DNA from: Octopus sinensis
Lineage: Eukaryota
Reading direction: 5' to 3'
Assembly (NCBI RefSeq): GCF_006345805.1
Contig: NW_021832475.1
Location: 1-30,934 of the forward strand
DNA length: 30,934 nucleotides
The notes under the pieces were generated by a model. The model was not told the origin of the DNA. It was given only the letters and a program-made list of their open reading frames with translations, and searched no databases. Of the stretch, positions 24,515 through 30,934 are shown piece by piece. The position numbers and the translations under genes were made by a program. Within the stretch, counting starts at the first letter, position 1. Each line of letters starts with the position of its first letter.

Positions 24515-24955
24515 GCGCAGGAATGGCTGTGTGGTAAGTAGCTTGCAGGAGTGGCTGTTTGGTAAATAGCTTCCTTACCAACCACATAGTTCTGGGTTCA
24601 TTCCCACTGCGTGGAACCTTGTGCAGGTATCGTCTACTATAGTCACGGGCCGACCAAAGCCTTATGAGTGGAATTGGTAGATGGAAACTGAAAGAAGCCC
24701 GTCGTATATATGTAAATATATATATATATATATATGTGTGTGTATATGTTTGTGTGTTTCTGTTTGTCCCCCAACATCGCTTGACAACCGATGCTGGTGT
24801 GTTTACGTCCCCGTAACTTAGCGGTTGGGCAAAAGAGACCGATAGAATAAGTACTAGGCTTCCGAAAAATAAGTCCTGGGATCGATTTGCTCGACTAAAG
24901 GCGGTGCTCCAATATGGCTGCAGTCAAATGACTGAAACAAGTAAAAGAGTAGAGT
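24515..24955 (+). mobile_element. SINE family A, full length, with a duplicated 28-bp head segment
   Basis: TGGCTGTGTGG A-box-like, GGTTCATTCCC B-box-like, internal (TA)(TG), tail GACTGAAACAAGTAAAAGAGT. Confidence 0.9.
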
Positions 24956-25801
24956 TTCGTAATCTCTCCAGTTTATTATGCATCTCCATCATCCTCTCAC
25001 GAACCAGAAAATGTGAATATTCCATGGGTGCATATATACATAAAGACCAGCGTGCTACGTTCGTTCCTTTTATTCTCGCGAAATTCGCTTCTTGCCTCGC
25101 ATATTGAGGAAAAGAAAGTATGGAGATAAGTACGAATACATAAAACTCAATAGTGACAAACTCTTATTATACATAAGTATCCCTGTATAAATCTAAATAT
25201 TTGAAGCCCTTATACATACTGATCTTAGGAAGATGAATGTCTGACGACGACAAGGGACTATAAGCAAAGTACATTTTATAGAAGACAACGTGCATATGTA
25301 TGATAAACAAACAGATACTGCTATATGCACAAGCAAACAAAGAATGTGTTACGTAACCGTTGCTACGTTGCTACGTCTGACTATATTTGTTCGTTGATAT
25401 GATTCTTTAAAATCCCGCGAGGTGTCCGATAGTGATCTCAAATACACCAAGCAGGTATTGTGGTGTTGTTTGTTCAGCCGTCGACGGCCCGAACATTAAA
25501 CACACTGTATTGTTCAACGTGTGTAACAATAGCAGGGCTTTAGTTACCAGGCCGCTGCCCTTGCAAGCTGTACATATACACCCACGCAGGCACACATTGC
25601 TGTGCATGTACGTATGTTTCCAAGCACGTATGCATGAATATCTATCTGTCTATCTGTCTGTCTATCTATCTATCAATATATATATATAATATGTGTGTGT
25701 GTATGTATACACATGTAATATATATATATATATATCATTACGTTATTTACATACAGATACATTATACACATACATACATACATACATACATACATGCATA
25801 C

Positions 25802-25835
<34 letters not shown>

Positions 25836-25898
25836 TTTAAAACCATATACATGCTTATTTTAATATTATATAATATATATATATATATATATATAGAT

Positions 25899-25932
<34 letters not shown>

Positions 25933-26499
25933 AATAATATGTATATATATATATACATTTATATATATATCTATATATACATATATATTTGAGAGATATT
26001 TCAACTTCTAAAGGCAAATTCGATGCGTTTACGGTGGAGTAAATTTCTTGCTTATAGTAAAATAGTAAAAGGTGTGAAAACACCATGTGTGGTGTGTGTG
26101 TGTGTGTGTAACACATCACGCGCTCTCTGTTTTTCTATATTTCAGTTTCACAAGGCGCTTTCCGATACCAGAAGCAGATTTCAATATATATTACGATATT
26201 TCATGATCAGAATCAAAGCCATATTACATAGTGCCGGACAGAGTTAGACATCAGATCGGAGTTATCGCATGGAAACTTTATCGGATATAAAGACAATAAT
26301 GCAGGTTATATACATATATGAGTGTGAGAGAGAGTTTGAGTGCGTATATATGAGTGTGGGTATGTGTGTGAGTTGTTTTATATACATATGCAGCCATTCA
26401 TACATACATGCATATATAATATTAATGTATATATCAAGTAAGTGTACACACACAAATATCCGCAACTATCGCTATATATAGGTTTTCGTATATATATTA

Positions 26500-26518
26500 A
26501 TACATACATATATATATA

Positions 26519-26571
<53 letters not shown>

Positions 26572-26614
26572 TTATATATATATTTATATATATATATGTA
26601 TATATTATTGTATA

Positions 26615-26650
<36 letters not shown>

Positions 26651-26777
26651 ATTCATAAATACATATTTATAGATATGTATATGTATACTTATATATATAA
26701 GTGTATATCCGTACATATATATAAAAACACACACGCACACACTTATATGTATATATATTTATATATACGTCTAAATA

Positions 26778-26810
<33 letters not shown>

Positions 26811-27126
26811 GTATATATATATATATATATATATCTGTATGCAAATAAACATATAATATATCTATTGCATACAGACACCGCATACATATAATATACAAAT
26901 ATATATATACATATTTATATATCTGTATATATATTCTATATACAATAGGTATACACGCAACACAATCTAGATCTATACATACATACATACATACATACAT
27001 ACATACATACATACATACATACATACATACATACGTACATACAGCATACATACATACACATCAATACATACATACATACATACATACATTAATACACACA
27101 CAAACGCGTACACATACGCATACCAC

Positions 27127-27168
<42 letters not shown>

Positions 27169-27305
27169 TATATATATATAATTATATATATATATAATAA
27201 ACATATATAGGTAGGCATCAATACATCGTAGGTTGTATGTATGTATTTAATATATATATACATATGTAAATATATATATATATATATATATATATTTACA
27301 TATAT

Positions 27306-27338
<33 letters not shown>

Positions 27339-27560
27339 AATAGATGATATATATTTATCATACATGTAAACATATATATATTGTGTATATATACATATAT
27401 ATATTATACAGATGTATATATATATATTGTGTTTTTTTAGATATAATATATATGTATATTATATATATATATATATATATATAGATATATATATATATCA
27501 TATGTGTATATACCTATATATATATATATACTTTTATATATACACACATATATTGTGGCC
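26500..27560. repeat. about 1-kb compound (TA)/(TACA) microsatellite field
   Basis: Direct inspection. Confidence 0.9.
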
Positions 27561-28004
27561 TATATACATGTATGCACACACACGCACATAATGTATGGGT
27601 TTTAAGCGTGTCTATGGGTGTGTACCTTCTTATGACAATATCAATAATTATGTTGAATTGTACTGATTAAAACATTTCGTAAAAGGAAAGAAGGATATAG
27701 TTTAACTTTATAGAAATATTGATATCTGTTACGCCATTGTAACCAGTTCGCAAATACTGTCAGCTTTAGACATTTCGCCAATATCATCAATAGGCTTTTT
27801 TCAGGTGTGCACGGTATTGTATTTTCTGTCGTTAAAATTTCTGTTCTATTCGTTTTCTTATAGGAACGGTCTGAACACTTTTACATCTTCCGACATATTT
27901 TTCGCCCTTTTTAAGAATTTTAAAATAACTGAAGTTTTTTCATAAATTTGATAATTAATCTTTTCTAATATATGTTTTTTTTTTATTTTTAGCGTTTAAT
28001 GTTT

Positions 28005-28130
28005 CAGACATGCGATTGCGGCCATGCTGGAGCCTCGTCTTGAAGTGTTTAAATCCTTAAATCCTTAAAAATGTTTTAGACCGAAGGCGGCGGCCATGCT
28101 GGGGCACCACCGCTGGTTTACTTGAACAAA
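28005..28130 (-). mobile_element. two adjacent SINE-A tail fragments
   Basis: GCGGCCATGCTGG occurs twice (about 28019 and 28090), and the first is preceded by TGTTTCAG. Confidence 0.5.
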
Positions 28131-28586
28131 TCAACAATACTACGTATTATTTTTTAAATCTGGAGCTAAGCTGTATCGCCTTATTGCTGAAATGCTAACC
28201 CTAACAGGAACAAAGAAAGATCCCTCTCTCTTTATGTCTCTCTCTCCCTCCCTTTTCCGCCCTCACACACACACATACACACACAAACATGAACACGAAC
28301 ACACACATGCACATATATACAGACATAATAAGAGTAAATAATATCTTTAATGGTTTTTAAAAAAAACAGCAATTATTTACTGGTAGATTTCGGCATGTAA
28401 ATATAACCATTAACGGTTGGAACTTCTATAAAAGTTCAATATATATATTTTGTATATTAAGGGAAAATTTACGAATTCAATCGTCTATATAGGTTTAGCC
28501 TATGCTTGCTTTCTTCCACTATTTCGATGTCGCCTGATCGGGAAGTGGAGGTACGTAGCATTTGATAAATCTATTTTTAGTGGAGG

Positions 28587-28653
28587 TTTACGCTGATGAA
28601 AGACATGGAATATATATTTTATTATATTCCTAATCTAGAAACGCGTTCGTAAA
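28587..28653 (+). ncRNA. minimal type-I hammerhead ribozyme motif (Penelope/retrozyme-like)
   Basis: TTTACG-CTGATGA-[stem II]-GAAA-CGCG-TT/CGTAAA. Stem I is a perfect 6 bp. Stem II is AGA/TCT plus GGAATATA/TATATTCC. Stem III is the palindrome ACGCGT. The 10.1-11.1 position is an A-A mismatch. Confidence 0.75.
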
Positions 28654-28844
28654 TGACCGGAAGACTTTGTTTTCGTTATTTCTTCCTTCTGTTTTGCATA
28701 TGTGAATTACAGGGATATGTCGTATGTGGAGTCTCATTTGTAGAAAATAGAAATAAACAGTCTATGACTGCTATTTCTAACTTTTTCGGTATGTGGCTAA
28801 GCAGCCTGTTGCCTGCCTCTTTTATTTATATACAGACATATATA

Positions 28845-28861
28845 TCTATCTCTCCCTCTTC

Positions 28862-28894
<33 letters not shown>

Positions 28895-28905
28895 CTATCT
28901 CTATC

Positions 28906-28953
<48 letters not shown>

Positions 28954-29025
28954 CTATCTATCTATCATCTATCTTCTGTCTGTCTGCCTTCTGCCCTATC
29001 TATATCTACCTATCATCTATCTATC

Positions 29026-29071
<46 letters not shown>

Positions 29072-29105
29072 CTATCTATCAATCAATCTATCTATCTTTC
29101 TATCA
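28845..29105. repeat. degenerate (TCTA)n array
   Basis: Direct inspection. Confidence 0.9.
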
Positions 29106-29330
29106 ATCTAATAAAACTTGGTCGGCCCACAAACTGTAGAAGCAAACATTTTTAACGTTCCACGCAGAAGTCCTCAAACTCAATGCACGTGGCTGTAAAG
29201 CGAGTTTCTTAAAAGCATACCATATCTGCGACCTCCTGTTTTAAAATTTCTTTATCTATTTAGTTTGAAATAAGTGCTTCTTGTTACAAATCACAAAATA
29301 TTATCAATCTGACTTTAAGATATTTAAATA

Positions 29331-29575
29331 GGCGCAGCTGTGTTGTAAGAAGCTTGCATCCCAAACACAAGGTTCCGTGTTCAGTCCCACTGCATGGCAC
29401 CTTGGGCGAGTGTGTTCTACTATAGTCCCGGGATAACTAAAGCCTTGCGACTGGATTTGTTAGACGGAAACTAAAAGAATCCCCTCGTATGTATATATAT
29501 ACATGTGTCGGTTTCTTCGACCAAAATCCTTTAAGGCAGTGCTCCTTCATGGCTGAAGAACGAAAGAATGAATAG
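29331..29575 (+). mobile_element. SINE family A, internally deleted
   Basis: GGCGCAG...TTCAGTCCCACTGCATGGCACCTTGGGCGAGTGTG...GACGGAAACTAAAAGAA, then a jump to TTCGACCAAAA...GGCAGTGCTCC. Confidence 0.8.
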
Positions 29576-30002
29576 ACCAAAATTATCAAAAATCTCACTA
29601 AAGCTTTACAAACAGTTCATGGTTGGAAAATATCCCTTTTTATATATTCTTCAGGAAATCATGTCTTAAATTAGAAAAAGTTTTTCTCATTTAATGAAAT
29701 GTCAAAATAACAAAGAATTTTTTCAAAATCTTACGAAAGTTTTTTCTCTCGATAATGTTTCTTAAAAACTATTCCTTTTGTGTGTGTGGTCTGTAAATAT
29801 TTTTGGCTATTCCAATGTCTATGCAATATTCAGAAAATATTTCATTGTATTAATTTACTGAAAAATTAAATTTCTTAGGAATATTGTTGTATTTAGTAAT
29901 GGTCAAGTTGCCAGTTTAGCCAATAAAACACACGCCCTATATATTTGGGTGTTATTTGCTTCAGCTTTATTTATTTTTTTACATTAATCTTAATCTTATT
30001 TC

Positions 30003-30047
30003 GGCCAGAGTTCTTTCGGCACACTTCTGTGACCTCATCAGTGGTCC
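30003..30047 (-). ncRNA. minimal type-I hammerhead ribozyme motif
   Basis: The minus strand reads GGACCA-CTGATGA-GGTCAC(AGAA)GTGTGCC-GAAA-GAAC-TC/TGGCC. The conserved core is complete, with a G10.1-C11.1 pair and a CUC cleavage triplet. Stem I is 5 bp with one bulge. Confidence 0.7.
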
Positions 30048-30759
30048 TTTGCTTTCTTCTTTCTTATTTGTGTGTCTCTCCTTACTAATGATCAACCATT
30101 TTGTATTTTGTATTCTTATTGTATGTGTCTTTATTTGCGCATGCGTATACCTCTATGTGTGTCTATGTTTAATTAGTGTGGGTGTGGGGGGAAATGCCTC
30201 TATTATCTGTATCTCATGTTTATACACGTTCCTGTAATTTGTTTTTGTTTATTTGTTCATGTGTTTATACCTACTTATTATTATTATTTTTTATATGTAA
30301 TTAAATTATTATTTCTATTTTTAATTTTAGGAATATTTCAGAAGAATTCTACAAACATATGTGTCCTCGCTCATAAATTTTGAACTACTATCATGCATCC
30401 CTATATTGGTTTGCTTTAAAGATGTGTACGGAAATTATGTTCTTCATTCTTTGATGTTGGTGATCGTCAGCTAGGACAAGTATGTGCTTATAGCGGAGTT
30501 TATATTAGACCCATTGTCTTGTGTGTAATATTGTGTAAACGGAAAATAAGTGGAAGTCTTACCATTGTCATTCTTATTTCACATCAAAGAGATTCCCATC
30601 AAGATATATTGTATTTCAGAATTACGCTGATTATTGCAAAACATAGCGGAAATCCAGTTTAAGTATACACACAGTTCAATAAACTATGAACATCCCCCTC
30701 TCATATATAAATGCATACTTATGTGTGTGTGCGTATGTGCATAAACACACATATCTGGC

Positions 30760-30802
<43 letters not shown>

Positions 30803-30934
30803 TGTATGTGTATATTTGCATATATGTGTATATGTTTATCTCTCTCTCTCTCTCTCTCCTATATATAACGCATACACATTTATGACATGTATGATGTATG
30901 TATATATATCGTTTCCAAGTTAGGCACAGGGCCT

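Noticed and set aside
27790-27930. Acceptor-like sites TTTTTTCAG and TTTTCTTATAG with a possible 9-nt microexon
   Set aside because: Downstream frames are short and there is no good donor. Such motifs are common in T-rich DNA.

Overview
Gene-poor, repeat-saturated animal DNA. The SINE families and dense TA/TATC/TTA microsatellites suggest an octopus or other coleoid cephalopod; this is from my recall of those repeats, not a search. No intact host gene is recognisable, and nearly all ORFs in the track are microsatellite read-throughs. Decayed mobile elements: a 5'-truncated Tx1/L1-clade LINE (14460-17430), a Helitron helicase fragment with its CTAG end (11425-12513), an internally deleted DD37D/maT-type transposon (2207-3094), an old CR1/L2-type RT fragment, R4/Dong-like fragments in (TAA)n, and about 20 copies or fragments of three tRNA-derived SINE families (called A, B and C here). 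Most interesting: (1) two minimal type-I hammerhead ribozyme motifs of the Penelope/retrozyme kind (28587-28653 +, 30003-30047 -); (2) a 42-nt 3' tail shared by the Tx1-like LINE and a tail-swapped SINE-B subfamily; (3) that subfamily forming an A-B-A-B-A higher-order tandem array; (4) retroelements embedded in specific microsatellites. Identities quoted were counted by eye; no database search was run.
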